A DNA stretch of 64,000 nt from Balanoglossus misakiensis (lineage: Eukaryota; Animalia; Hemichordata). The stretch lies in the NCBI GenBank assembly GCA_040954595.2, contig CM082580.2:3276783-3340782 (forward strand). Reading direction: 5' to 3'. This document shows, piece by piece, positions 39,901 through 50,176 of the stretch; position 1 is the first letter of the stretch, and every line of letters begins with the position of its first letter. Made by a program: the position numbers and the translations under genes. A model generated the notes under the pieces. That model had not been told where the DNA came from. It searched no databases and saw only the letters and a program-made list of their open reading frames with translations.

Positions 39901-42900
39901 AAACCTCTAACCCTATTGGTTAGCCTGGAATTAGGTATGCACATAATTAATGAGATAAGCAGGTGTCACAGGTGACCCCCAATTTTGGCTTTTCAATTAT
40001 AGTCCCAACCCTCCAAACGCCAAGTCTGTACCTGCTATTGATGCGGAGATATAGGACAGTAGGTCAAAGGTCACCTGACGTCACCCAAAATTTGGGCAAA
40101 TTTTTTTAACCTCATACTGGTCCATGTCCCACAAGAACAAAACCTCTAGCCCTATTGGTTAGCCTGGAATTAGGTATGCACATAATTAATGAGATAAGCA
40201 GGTGCCTATTGGTTTTACTGTGTTTTTTAGGGCCCAAGCGCCTGAGGGCGCTTGGGCCCCTAATGAGAGGTCTCCTTAAATAAACAAAACAAACACACAA
40301 ACAAATGATTGTATGTTGATTAGAATTAACCTGTAGAAGTCAGGTTGGTATTTACCTCATTTTGTATGTTAGCATCAGCTTTGTGTTCCAATAACAATCT
40401 GACACGGCCTTCATCACTATCCCTTGCTGCAAAGTGCAAAGGTGTGTTCCCATCCTGTAATGAATGAAGGAGGAGCATGAGAACAATGTCACAAAATTCA
40501 AATGTAATGATGTGATGATTGTGACAAGATAAGCTAATCTTTAGTCCCTGTTCACATTGTGATTTGCACAGTCCTGGACAACGTCGTCTCGCCAACCTTT
40601 GACCTTATAAAGCAGAACCAAGTTGGTCCTCTTCTGGTTGTTTTGTCAAATGATAGACTACACTGTTTATGTCAATTGTAAAAGGTATCAACTAGGACCA
40701 GAGTCGGACAAAATGTGTCCACACACACCATGCTGGGACCAGAGTTGGACCAGAGTCGACCACAAACCACCCCATTCAACTGGGACCAAAATTGTCTGGA
40801 CAAGGGTCGGCCAGACCCGTTCACACCTTTTTTTTTGCTGGGCCATGTACCTTGCTAGGACAAGGGCTTAGCCTTTTTTTGAGTAATGTGAACGGCCTAT
40901 ATGTATAGGCGCTGAGGATCAGTCCCATAGACAATGGGTTGTGGAGAGGTGTTAATCCTTACACCGACTCAGGTCTGGCCGGCAAAGCCATATCAAATCT
41001 GAGACGTTTCAGAACCACTTACACCGTCCACACGTGTTTTTTTAAGACTGTATCTGATCTGAGACGCTTCAGAACCATCTGAATGGTGTGTGTGTGACCC
41101 CAATAAAAAATTTAAACGTAATGTGAGGTCTCCTTAAATAAAAAAAAACCACACAAATAAATGTTTGTATGTTGATTAGAATTAACCTGTAGAAGTCAGG
41201 TTGGTATTTACCTTGTTTTGTATGTTAGCATCAGCTTTGTGTTCCAATAACAATCTGAAACGGCCATAATTGCATGACCTTATTGCTGCAACGTGCAAAG
41301 GTGTGTCTCCATTCTGTAAGTAATGAAGGAGGAGCATGAGAACAATGTCACAAAAATTAAAATGTATTGTGAGGTCTCCATAAATAAACAAAACAAACAA
41401 ACACACATACAAATATTTGTATGTTGATTAGAATTAACCTGTAGAAGTCAGGTTGGTATTTACCTTGTTTTGTATGTTAGCATCAGCTTTATGTTCCAAT
41501 AACAATTTGACACGGCCTTCACCATACTTTCCTGCTGCAATGTGCAAAGGTGTTTCTCCATCCTGTAAGTAATGAAGGAGGAACATGAGAACAATGTCAC
41601 AAAAATTAAAATGTACTGTGAGGTCTCCGTAAATAAACAAAACAAACAAACACACATACAAATGTTTGTATGTTGATTAGAATTAACCTGTAGAAATCAG
41701 GTTGGTATTTACCTTGTTTTGTATGTTAGCATCAGCTTTATGTTCCAATAACAATTTGACACGGCCTTCACCATACTTTCCTGCTGCAATGTGCAAAGGT
41801 GTTTCTCCATCCTGTAAGTAATGAAGGAGGAACATGAGAACAATGTCACAAAAATTAAAATGTACTGTGAGGTCTCCGTAAATAAACAAAACAAACAAAC
41901 ACACATACAAATGTTTGTATGTTGATTAGAATTAACCTGTAGAAATCAGGTTGGTATTTACCTTGTTTTGTATGTTAGCATCAGCTTTGTGTTCCAATAA
42001 CAATCTGAAACGGCCATAATTGCATGATCTTATTGCTGCAACGTGCAAAGGTGTGTCTCCATTCTGTAAGTAATGAAGGAGGAGCATGAGAACAATGTCA
42101 CAAAAATTAAAATGTACTGTGAGGTCTCCGTAAATAAACAAAACAAACAAACACACATACAAATGTTTGTATGTTGATTAGAATTAACCTGTAGAAATCA
42201 GGTTGGTATTTACCTTGTTTTGTATGTTAGCATCAGCTTTATGTTCCAATAACAATTTGACACAGCCTTCACCATACTTTCCTGCTGCAATGTGCAAAGG
42301 TGTGTCTCCATTCTGTAAGTAATGAAGGAGGAGCATGAGAACAATGTCACAAAAATTAAAATGTACTGTGAGGTCTCCGTAAATAAACAAAACAAACAAA
42401 CACACATACAAATGTTTGTATGTTGATTAGAATTAACCTGTAGAAATCAGGTTGGTATTTACCTTGTTTTGTATGTTAGCATCAGCTTTATGTTCCAATA
42501 ACAATTTGACACAGCCTTCACCATACTTTCCTGCTGCAATGTGCAAAGGTGTGTCTCCATTCTGTAAGTAATGAAGGAGGAGCATGAGAACAATGTCACA
42601 AAAATTAAAATGTACTGTGAGGTCTCCGTAAATAAACAAAACAAACAAACACACATACAAATGTTTGTATGTTGATTAGAATTAACCTGTAGAAGTCAGG
42701 TTGGTATTTACCTCATTTTGTATGTTAGCATCAGCTTTGTGTTCCAATAATAATCTGACACACCCTTCATCACTATCCCTTGCTGCAAAGTGCAAAGGTG
42801 TTTCTCCATCCTGTAAGTAATGAAGGAGGAGCATGAGAACAATGTCACAAAAATCGAAATGTAATGTGAGGTCACCATAAATAAACATAACAAACACACA

Positions 42901-45900
42901 TACAAATATTTGTATGTTGATTAGAATTAACCTGTAGAAGTCAGGTTGGTATTTACCTTGTTTTTTATGTTAGCATCAGCTTTGTGTTCCAATAACAAAG
43001 GAGCATGAGAACAATGTCACAGAAATTAAAAAGTAATGTGAGGTTTCATTTAACAAACAAACAAACAAACAAACAAACAAATGTTTGGATGCATGTGTGT
43101 ATTTGGCTGTAATGTATGTTAGAAACTTGGATTATTGTTTGTGTAGCATTTATGCGCACAACATAACAAAGTGCTAGTGCTACATTGTTTTCATATTTGA
43201 AGTTCACCAAAAAGGAATGAATAACTCGCACACTCCCCATAGCAAGAGAAAAAAATTGACAAATCACACAAGGTTTTAATTGAAGACTAAAAACAAATGT
43301 TTTGTTATCTCATGATTGTCAATAAAAAGAATTCCAGAGATCATTAAGACATAAATACATAATGAACTTGTTAGTTCATGTACCTTAGTATTAGCATTGA
43401 CATCTGAACCAATGATAATCAACTCACTCATAGTATCAAGTTCACCTTTCCAGGATGCTGCATGCAATGCTGTTAAATCCTGGAATGAAGAATAAAAATG
43501 ACATCACAAATCTGATACTTTTCATATGTGTGTGTCAAACACTTGACACACACACATAAGCTGCAGTCATGGATATGCAGTTAAAATAAATAACACTTTC
43601 AACATTCCTTAACCCCCCCTCCCCCTTAGACTTTTTAACAGTCTTTGATTGAAGACGGGGAGTACAATAATGGATCGAATATGATGCAGAGATAGTCTTG
43701 AAAATTTTGCTCTTAGAATTCAAATTCTTTGCTGTTTCATATGTGTTGTTATCCTCGTGTGTTATTGTTATTTTACAAAAGGCCAATATAAACACTCACC
43801 AGGATCAGGTGATTGTCCACGTATAATTCACCCCTTGCATTGACATCATATCCATCAGCTATCAGCGACTGGATCTTTGCAATGTCACCATGCTTTGCGG
43901 CATTGATGAGAACCTGTAACAATCAACAGGCAACACTTGTTTTATCAAAATATTCTCAATATGAAATCATAAACAGGAAAACATTGAAATCTTCGTTGAT
44001 GAAGAATTGTGAAAACAATTAAGGAATATCACGCCTCGATCATTTTACTTTAGTTGTTTGCGCAGGTTTCTGCACAGAGTGTAAAAAGTTTAATTTTATT
44101 TCCAGTGTTTTTCAAACAAAGTTGTAGTGTAGTGCTGTGAGGTTATGTTAGTAGATACGATGTATTTATTAAATTTGGGACTGAACTTTTCATGCGTTTG
44201 CAATACTGATGGTTGCTATAGCAACCAAACCCTTTGGCAGCCTATCCCGGGCTATTGAAAATGCCCGAAAGCCATGTTTAACTGCCTGTGTCTCAAAAAA
44301 TTGCATGGTGACCCCCTATTTTTTTGCCTTAAATTGATTTGATATATTTCATACAAGGTATCTACCAAGTCTTAAAAAAAGTTTACTTCTAGAAGTGGTA
44401 AAAAACTTATAAAAAGTAGATTTTTAGGCAATTCTGTCTTTAAGGTGGCATTGCATGAAACCGTCGAGACTTTTTCAGAGGCATATTTCTCATCAAAGAC
44501 AACGTTAAAACCCCCATAAACCATATATATTCTGGAAGCTGAGTTTTTGAACTTTTGTTTGAGTTGCAAATATTATTGATCCCCGGAAATGGTGGCGATT
44601 TTTGATATTATGTCATTAAATTTAAATTAGGTAAAAAAGTTGACCATGCATCATGCATCTTAATATGTCATTCGAAACTAGAGTACACGTGCAAAAAAAC
44701 GGTAATTTTGTTTTGTGTTATCTGCTTCCATTGAGGAGTAACAGCGTTTGAAAGTTAGATTTTTAGTAAAATTTCATCAAATTCACGGTGAGTTGTATTG
44801 AATCAGAGTTTATTCCCGCCAGGGACACTTTATCGACTAACAAAAATAACGTTTTATTGGATGGGTCATACACAATCCCCTGTTAAAATTTGAGCAAATT
44901 CGGCCAACGCAGAGCGAAGCTATGTTCGTCAGAAGTTGTCAAGAGCAGCGAAAATGCAAACTGAGAAAAACGGCCATTTGCATTATTGACACCTATTTGT
45001 TAAGCTGTGAACTCATTCAGAAAAGTGCTATTTTGGGGTGATTATGCACCATTTCCGCCAAGACGTATTAGTCAGGATGTGGGTCAGTATTAGGCCTACC
45101 GATTTATGTAAAAAAGTAAAATTTGGCAAAAATCACAACTTTTCATGCAATGCAGGCTTAATTTAACAGTTGTATTGATATGCGATTATCATACTGAACA
45201 AGATAAAATCTCAAAATTGCGAAAAAAAATATTCAGGTTAACATTCTATAATGGTGAGAAAAAAAATATGACGACCCTCCCAAAATACTTATTTATGGAG
45301 CCGTTTTACAAAGATCTACGAACACTGGCAAAAGCTATAGAGGGCGCTTTCCCCCAAAATCTAGCTGGTTGACCCCCATTTTTATACCATAGATTAAATG
45401 TTTAGAAGTCATAGTATCTTCAGTATTAAATTAAATTTCAACATGATCAGATGACCTTTTATTTCAAGGTGCGTAACACCTTAAACTGTGATGTCACCAT
45501 GGATAAAAAAAAAGATAAGGGAGCATTCGTTTTTTACAGGGAGGGGGGGGCCGGTGGAATTTGAGTCGCCGACTAAATGTAAAAGGCAACCCCCCCTGGA
45601 AATTACTTTTCTAAAATGTGACCCCCCCCCCCCCAAAAAAAAAAAGTTTATCCACCGGATTAAACTTATCATGGACACAGCGCTCCCATGAAAAGAATTT
45701 GAAACCGATATTTCCCCTCATCAGTGGGTATTAAAACTGAACATTGTTTTTATTTTTTAAGTATTTGTATTCTGTGTTGGGAGACATTGTAAACCGAGAA
45801 TTGAAAGGGGGGGTTTGGGAGGGGGTGTCCCCCTCCCACGTAAGAAAATTTTATAAAATACAGAGCTCAAAGCTGCATTTTAATAAACCCAGCAAAAGCA

Positions 45901-47190
45901 AATTAACGTCGCCGCTCAAAGTTATCATGGGGTGGGGGCAAGTCCCCTGACCTGGGACACTAGATAAACCAGTCAATGATTGAAAGGTGTTGATGAATGG
46001 AGGGGGTGGGTGTGAAAATTTTGTAAAATAAAGGACGCGAAACTGCATTTTTGTGGACTCAAAATAAATATTTAGCCGTCAAAGTTTTGAAGTCCCCCCC
46101 CTTTCAGTCCCTATATAATAATCCCTTGATTATAAAATTTGTCCCCCCCTAAAAACTGCTTTGTAAAAGTAAACCCCCCCCTGATTTCCACCGGCCCCCC
46201 CCCCCCCTCCCTGTAAAAAACGAATGCTCCCTAACATCATACAATGGGTAAACATAAGTTCATGATTATTCTTCACAAACAGAATGCAAAGGATAGATGA
46301 ATAATCTCAGCATACTGAAAGACATTATTCTGAAAAAAGTACTGTGTGTTACAATTTAAAGTTTTCCTCTCAATCAGACAGATAATATTTCCTGTAGCGT
46401 ATCTGCCCATAACTTCAGTTCAAAAGTCACTTACCTGTGGGTCTTTATATTCCTCCGAAGCCGTTGTTCCCTCATCAGATTCACTGTCTGTTGGGTGTAC
46501 CTGAAATATCCCAAAACACACCCTGGTAACCACTTAAATGCCATTAGAACAACAACATTCCACAAAGGTTTGGGTTTTGTGAAGTGTGTGAAGTGTCCAG
46601 CACACAGTCAATAAAATCACGGTCATGTTGAATAATTACTGTGATGTACGGTACTACGTTTCTCAATCTGATGAAGTGCATTTGTTTCCACACATTACCG
46701 TTTGCATTACATTTTCAGTGATCAACTCGACAACTGACTCCATCACCCTCTAACACTCTCACTCACTCACTCACTCACAGATGTCAAAACAGTTTAGTTA
46801 ATAGTAACACAAACATTTTGCCATATAAATGGCAAGTTTTGCGACTGTTGGATTTATAAAACCGCACTTCACTGCATTTAAAGTGTTGTAGTGCATCGAC
46901 AATTTGTCAATTAGCTTTCACAATCACAATTTAGCTGTGTTGATATGACATACATTGTACATGTACTTTACGGCATTTTGTCCATCAAATGCTTCAATGC
47001 AATGGAATCATGCATAATTTCAGTATACTGACAATCTTGTTAGTGCTCTTTACAATTTTCCTCTTGCAGACAGACTATTTCAGCAGCAAGGCATATGCCC
47101 TTAACTTCAGTTCAACTGGTCACTAGCACTTACCTGTGGCTCATCATATTTCCAGGAAACCCTGGTTTTCTTATGCCAAATATTGCCCAT
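17824..47190 (-). CDS. Roco gene copy 1: ankyrin array - ROC GTPase - COR - death domain (DAPK-like, no kinase seen)
   Basis: Spliced model in continuous frame: 47190-47134, 46500-46435, 43913-43800, 43479-43384, 26 cassette ANK exons, 27447-27331, 26574-26506, 26366-26247, 25862-25623, 25412-25268, 24721-24573, 22336-22157, 21957-17824. Motifs GDGGVGKT, WDFAGQ, VILVASRAD, COR-like VVLDPNWLC, DAPK-type death-domain ends. Confidence 0.9.
18026..20860 (-). repeat. Coding minisatellite, 126 bp / 42 aa unit, 13 type-A then 10 type-B units
   Basis: A = AEFPATSHDTHDVDSGFATM-SPSSQQPDSSVQFRRGQDTTTA, B = AGARAISPDIETSEGRSAKM-SPSSEQPDSSVQFRRGQDTTTA, exact 126 bp spacing. Confidence 0.97.
22157..22336 (-). 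CDS. Roco copy 1 exon, start of COR
   Basis: 180 bp, AG/GT bounded, AVKTLPNLCAKI...FLRKATNYLHDIGE. Confidence 0.88.
22882..23310. mobile_element. TTAA-flanked MITE (Kolobok-like)
   Basis: TTAA on both sides, GGATGTAC...GTACATCC termini, internal inverted repeat. Near-identical copy at 63187-63597. Confidence 0.85.
23332..24556. mobile_element. 1.2 kb insertion without TSD containing palindromes
   Basis: Absent from the paralogous intron (gagtac|agcagaat near 57713). Contains a 20-bp-arm palindrome at 24455-24495 and a hairpin near 23350-23380. Confidence 0.65.
24573..24721 (-). CDS. Roco copy 1 exon, ROC C-terminal part
   Basis: 149 bp, phase 1 to 0, RHMLDEVLTEAQKMFQDYLDIVNAIFLVNCRDSTDKEMKQVRACLHEKK. 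Confidence 0.85.
24780..25305. repeat. ~275 bp diverged local tandem duplication of intron plus exon 3' end
   Basis: ggcataaagttca...tagagccatatc...tcagctcgac occurs twice; only once in copy 2. Confidence 0.75.
25268..25412 (-). CDS. Roco copy 1 exon with G4-like motif
   Basis: 145 bp, ILFWLRFLK...PVVILVASRAD. Confidence 0.87.
25623..25862 (-). CDS. Roco copy 1 exon with G2/G3 motifs
   Basis: 240 bp, PTPGID...VWDFAGQAEYYVTHNMFL. Confidence 0.93.
26247..26366 (-). CDS. Roco copy 1 exon with P-loop
   Basis: 120 bp, FKLFLAGDGGVGKTTLLKSLQR. Confidence 0.93.
26506..26574 (-). CDS. C-capping ankyrin half-repeat exon
   Basis: 69 bp, TGQTPLDVAVRSYVKDVLLDYIR, phase 0. Confidence 0.85.
27331..27447 (-). 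CDS. Unique last full ankyrin exon
   Basis: 117 bp, DGNTALHMAAMGTSTWRLDYGKIVKLLLQYGADIDCKNK. Confidence 0.9.
27929..32203 (-). CDS. Ankyrin exon-cassette array, lower block: 18 single-repeat phase-0 exons
   Basis: Exons 27929-28027, 28182-28283, 28442-28543, 28698-28799, 28951-29052, 29178-29279, 29426-29524, 29650-29751, 29898-29999, 30146-30244, 30370-30471, 30618-30719, 30866-30964, 31111-31212, 31359-31457, 31603-31707, 31854-31952, 32099-32203. Consensus DGxTPLHxAAxxxxEGxVxLLLEHKADxNIxNx; all AG/GT bounded. Confidence 0.93.
32254..40260. mobile_element. 8 kb intronic composite of head-to-tail Helentron/DINE-1-like non-autonomous elements with ~215 bp internal subrepeats
   Basis: Terminal motif agctgcaagcagcgatgacgggcacaagc at 34485, 35670, 37002, 37899 and 39331; hairpins gggcacaagc..gcttgtgccc (~39237, ~39297) and gggcccaagcg..cgcttgggccc (~40230-40259); many ggtcaaaggtcacctgaggtcac units. 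Family assignment is inference. Confidence 0.7.
40356..42810 (-). CDS. Ankyrin exon-cassette array, upper block: 8 single-repeat phase-0 exons
   Basis: Exons 40356-40454, 41212-41313, 41464-41562, 41713-41811, 41962-42063, 42214-42312, 42463-42561, 42712-42810. Confidence 0.93.
40544..40897. mobile_element. Possible degenerate Harbinger-type MITE inside a ~600 bp intron insertion
   Basis: gtccctgttcacatt ... aatgtgaacggcc imperfect TIRs. Confidence 0.35.
42957..42998 (-). pseudogene. Truncated ankyrin cassette (acceptor and 5' part deleted)
   Basis: Only LLLEHKADANIKNK plus the donor remain, joined directly to intron sequence. Confidence 0.85.
43384..43479 (-). CDS. Unique N-terminal ankyrin exon
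   Basis: 96 bp, DLTALHAASWKGELDTMSELIIIGSDVNANTK. Confidence 0.88.
43800..43913 (-). CDS. N-capping ankyrin exon
   Basis: 114 bp, VLINAAKHGDIAKIQSLIADGYDVNARGELYVDNHLIL, acceptor ttacag and donor gtgagt. Confidence 0.88.
44023..45480. mobile_element. Old TTAA-flanked element with a nested TTAA-flanked element at 44444-45157
   Basis: The inner element has GCATTGCATGAAA inverted repeats with TTAA flanks. Outer ends are TTAA-GG...CC-TTAA with weak TIR similarity and a ggtgaccccctatttt motif shared with the 22882 MITE. Confidence 0.5.
45519..46231. mobile_element. PIF/Harbinger-type MITE
   Basis: GGGAGCATTCGTTTTTTACAGGGAGGG TIRs, TAA on both flanks. Confidence 0.88.
46435..46500 (-). CDS. Roco copy 1 acidic N-terminal exon
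   Basis: 66 bp, VHPTDSESDEGTTASEEYKDPQ, acceptor tttcag and donor gtaagt, phase 0. Confidence 0.75.
47134..47190 (-). CDS. Putative first coding exon of Roco copy 1
   Basis: (M)MGNIWHKKTRVSWKYDEPQ followed by GTAAGT, phase 0. A tttcag acceptor just upstream means an earlier exon is possible. Confidence 0.65.
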
Positions 47191-47565
47191 CATGCAGCTG
47201 AAACTCACCAAAAGAAAACCCACCAACTTTTGCACTGGTCTCGTGCCCAACAACTTTTACTTCGTTCTAAGATGGCGTCTTCTGGTCAGAATCATGTGAT
47301 CTTGAAGACTGGAGGGGGTGTAAAAAGTAACTATAAGTAAATACACCCCCCTATACACTACAAAAGAAGTCAGAATATAAAACATGATGAGACATATGTC
47401 AAAGCCTGAGGAATTTTTTGCACACAGCCCTGCCTGAGGAATTTTTTGCACACAGCCCTGCCTGAGGAATTTTTTGCACACAGCCCTAAATATTTTCACA
47501 ATACACTCAACAAATTTACCGCATGCAGCACAAAATAAAATATTGAACACCCAGATTTCTTAATT

Positions 47566-49110
47566 AGGGCCCAAGCGAACAGCAGCGCTTGGGCCCTATT
47601 GGTTTCGTTGGAATTTTTAGGGCCCAAGCGCAAGCAAGCGCTTGGGCCCTATTGGTTTCGTTGGAATTTTTACGGGCCCAAGCCAAGCCAGGCTTGGGCC
47701 CGTATTGGTTTCGTTGGGGTTTTTAGGGCCCAAGCGCATACCAGCGCTTGGGCCCTATTGGTTTCGTTGGGGTTTTTAGGGCCCAAGCGCAAGCAAGCGC
47801 TTGGGCCCTATTGGTTTCGTTGGGGTTTTTCTGTCTTTCCTTCTTTCTTCTTTCTTTCTTTATTCTTGTGTCAATTCTTTGTCGCTCTAGATCTCAGAGA
47901 CCACTGCAGGTACACTTCTGAAACTTGCTACAGTGGTCAAGGTCAATGAGTAGTCGTGCATTGAACCCTTGAATTTTTAATTAGTCACATGACCTGGCGG
48001 CCATCTTGGATTTTCTGAAAAAATGCAAATCTCAGATCTCAGAAACTACAAGTCAGATCGACTTCAAATTTGGCGTGCAGGTAGACTACCTTCTGCCCAT
48101 CATTTTTGTAATTGGAAATTATGCTGTCAATGTTGCAGTTTTTTTGCTACAATTTTTTTTCTGAAATCTGGTCAAAATTTCAAAAATCTTCTTCTCCAGA
48201 ACCGGTGATAACCGAGACACGGGGTTTAGTGTATGTGGTCATCTAACTGATGTCTATCATTTTTGCGAAGATCATTGTGATTGGTCGAAGATTATGGCGG
48301 CCATATTGGATTTTGTAAAAAGCAGTGAAAAATTGAAATTCCTTTTCCTAGTCTAAAAATTGATAGCATACAAATTCTTTTTATGGATATCAATCGTCAT
48401 GTGACTAAAATATGTTACAATTTTTTGGTAATTTTTTACATGACCTTTGACCTACTTTTCACACGTTATTATTTCTGCATATCTATTTCCAGGCTAACCT
48501 ATAGGGCTAGACGTTTGGTTTTTGATGCATGTGGATTAGTGTGTGATCAAAATATTTTGCTACTTTTCATGACCCCTTTGACCTCTGCTGACCTCATTAA
48601 TTATGTGCATAGCTAATTACAGGCGAACCAATAGAGCTAGAGGTTTGGTTTTTGTTGGACATGGACCACTATGGGAACAAAATTTTTTGCCCAAATGTTG
48701 GGTGACCTCTGGTCACCTTCGACCTACTTTCGCATATCTCAGCATCCAGCGCAGATACAGCCTTGGCATTTGGCAGGATGGGACCAAAATGTAAAGCCAC
48801 ATTTTTAAGTCACCTGTGACACCTGCTGACCTCATTAAATATGCACATACCTAATAACATCCGAACCAAAAGAGCTAAAGTTTTGGTTTTTGTTGGACAT
48901 GGACCAGTATGGGTAAAAAAAAATTGCCCAAATGTTGGGTGACCTTAGGTGACCTTTGACCTACTTCACCCTATTTCAGCAGCAACAATACACACATCCT
49001 TGTTATGTCATGAGATAATACATCCGATAGAAAATTCTGTTTCTTCTCATTCATACTGTGCATATATAATTCAAGATCAGCGCTTGGGCCCGACAATGCT
49101 GCTCGCAGCT
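47566..49110 (+). mobile_element. Helentron/DINE-1-like non-autonomous element
   Basis: Starts with gggcccaagc hairpins, ends cgcttgggccc + gctgctcgcagc stem-loop; body is reverse-complement related to the 34.5-40.2 kb array. Confidence 0.7.
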
Positions 49111-49739
49111 TTAATTGTAACAGTGTTTACTGTGTTTGCTTGAAAAACATTACCAACTCCACCAAACTTTCTATGCATTTGAGAACATATACAGGGTTCA
49201 TACACCTAGAGCAATTCAAAATTCCAGGAGGGGTTTCAAATTCCAGGAGTTTCCGGGAGCGTACGAACCCTGGTATAAGTTGTCTACTGAAACCAACCCA
49301 ATGATATTCGTCATTACTGCTTAACAGTTTCATTTATAATTTATTAATTGATTAACACTAATTAATTATAACATAGCATTGGCACCTTGTAGAATTTCTG
49401 TTCCGAGTTCCTTGTTCCAGACATCCCTAAGGTGCAGTACATCATGTTTAAGTAAGCGTACTTTCTTTTTCTGGTTAATATTTTATACTCCATTAAACCA
49501 GGTATTTGTACAACCAGATTGTAAAATAAAACATAAAATATCTCTAAGAGTACAAAAAGGAATGATTAGCAACAATTCCTCGTGCTGGTATGTAGACCAT
49601 AAAATGCACAGTCTCAAGTAGTGTCTTATTTCCTCGTTACTAAGAATATAAACTAGGGTACTCTCTCTCCCTCCCTCCCTCCCCCCCCTCTTTTCCCTCC
49701 CCCACTCTCTCATTCATTGTGCTTCAGTGATACTAGCTA

Positions 49740-50176
49740 CAGTGCAGCTTAGGAATAGCTTTCCAATTTGCTAACAACTTGCTGACACGGTGTTTATAAT
49801 GAGCCAACACAGTGTTAGCCTGTGTGTTCCAAGTGTTAAAAAGGTGTGAATCTGTTGGCCCTGGCACTTGGCATTGTTCAGTGTTAGCATGTGCTACAAA
49901 GGTGTTAAACCTTGGCGCACCCTATTGTTTTGGCACACAGTGTTAGCCTGTGTGTTCCAAGTGTTACAAAGGTGTGAATCTGTTGGCCCTGGCACTTGGC
50001 ATTGTTCAGTGTTAGCACCTTGGCGCACCCTATTGTTTTGGAACACCCCAGTTAAACACAAGCCCAATAGGTGCTAATTAGAGCGCCAATAGGGTGCCAA
50101 CCCAGAGTTGACCCAGTGTTTAAACAGAGCTGACCCAGTGTTGGTGCAGTTGGAAAGCTATTCCTAAGCTGCACTG
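49740..50176. mobile_element. Tc1/mariner-type MITE with internal duplication
   Basis: CAGTGCAGCTTAGGAATAGCTTTCCAA perfect TIRs, TA flanks. Confidence 0.88.

Noticed and set aside
34345-40300. Repeated short ORFs (MVRLELDMHIINE...)
   Set aside because: Translations of non-coding subrepeats with inconsistent frames.
47566-47830. Palindromic short-repeat array resembling CRISPR
   Set aside because: Variable parts are hairpin loops of a few nucleotides and the array is the end of an interspersed element.
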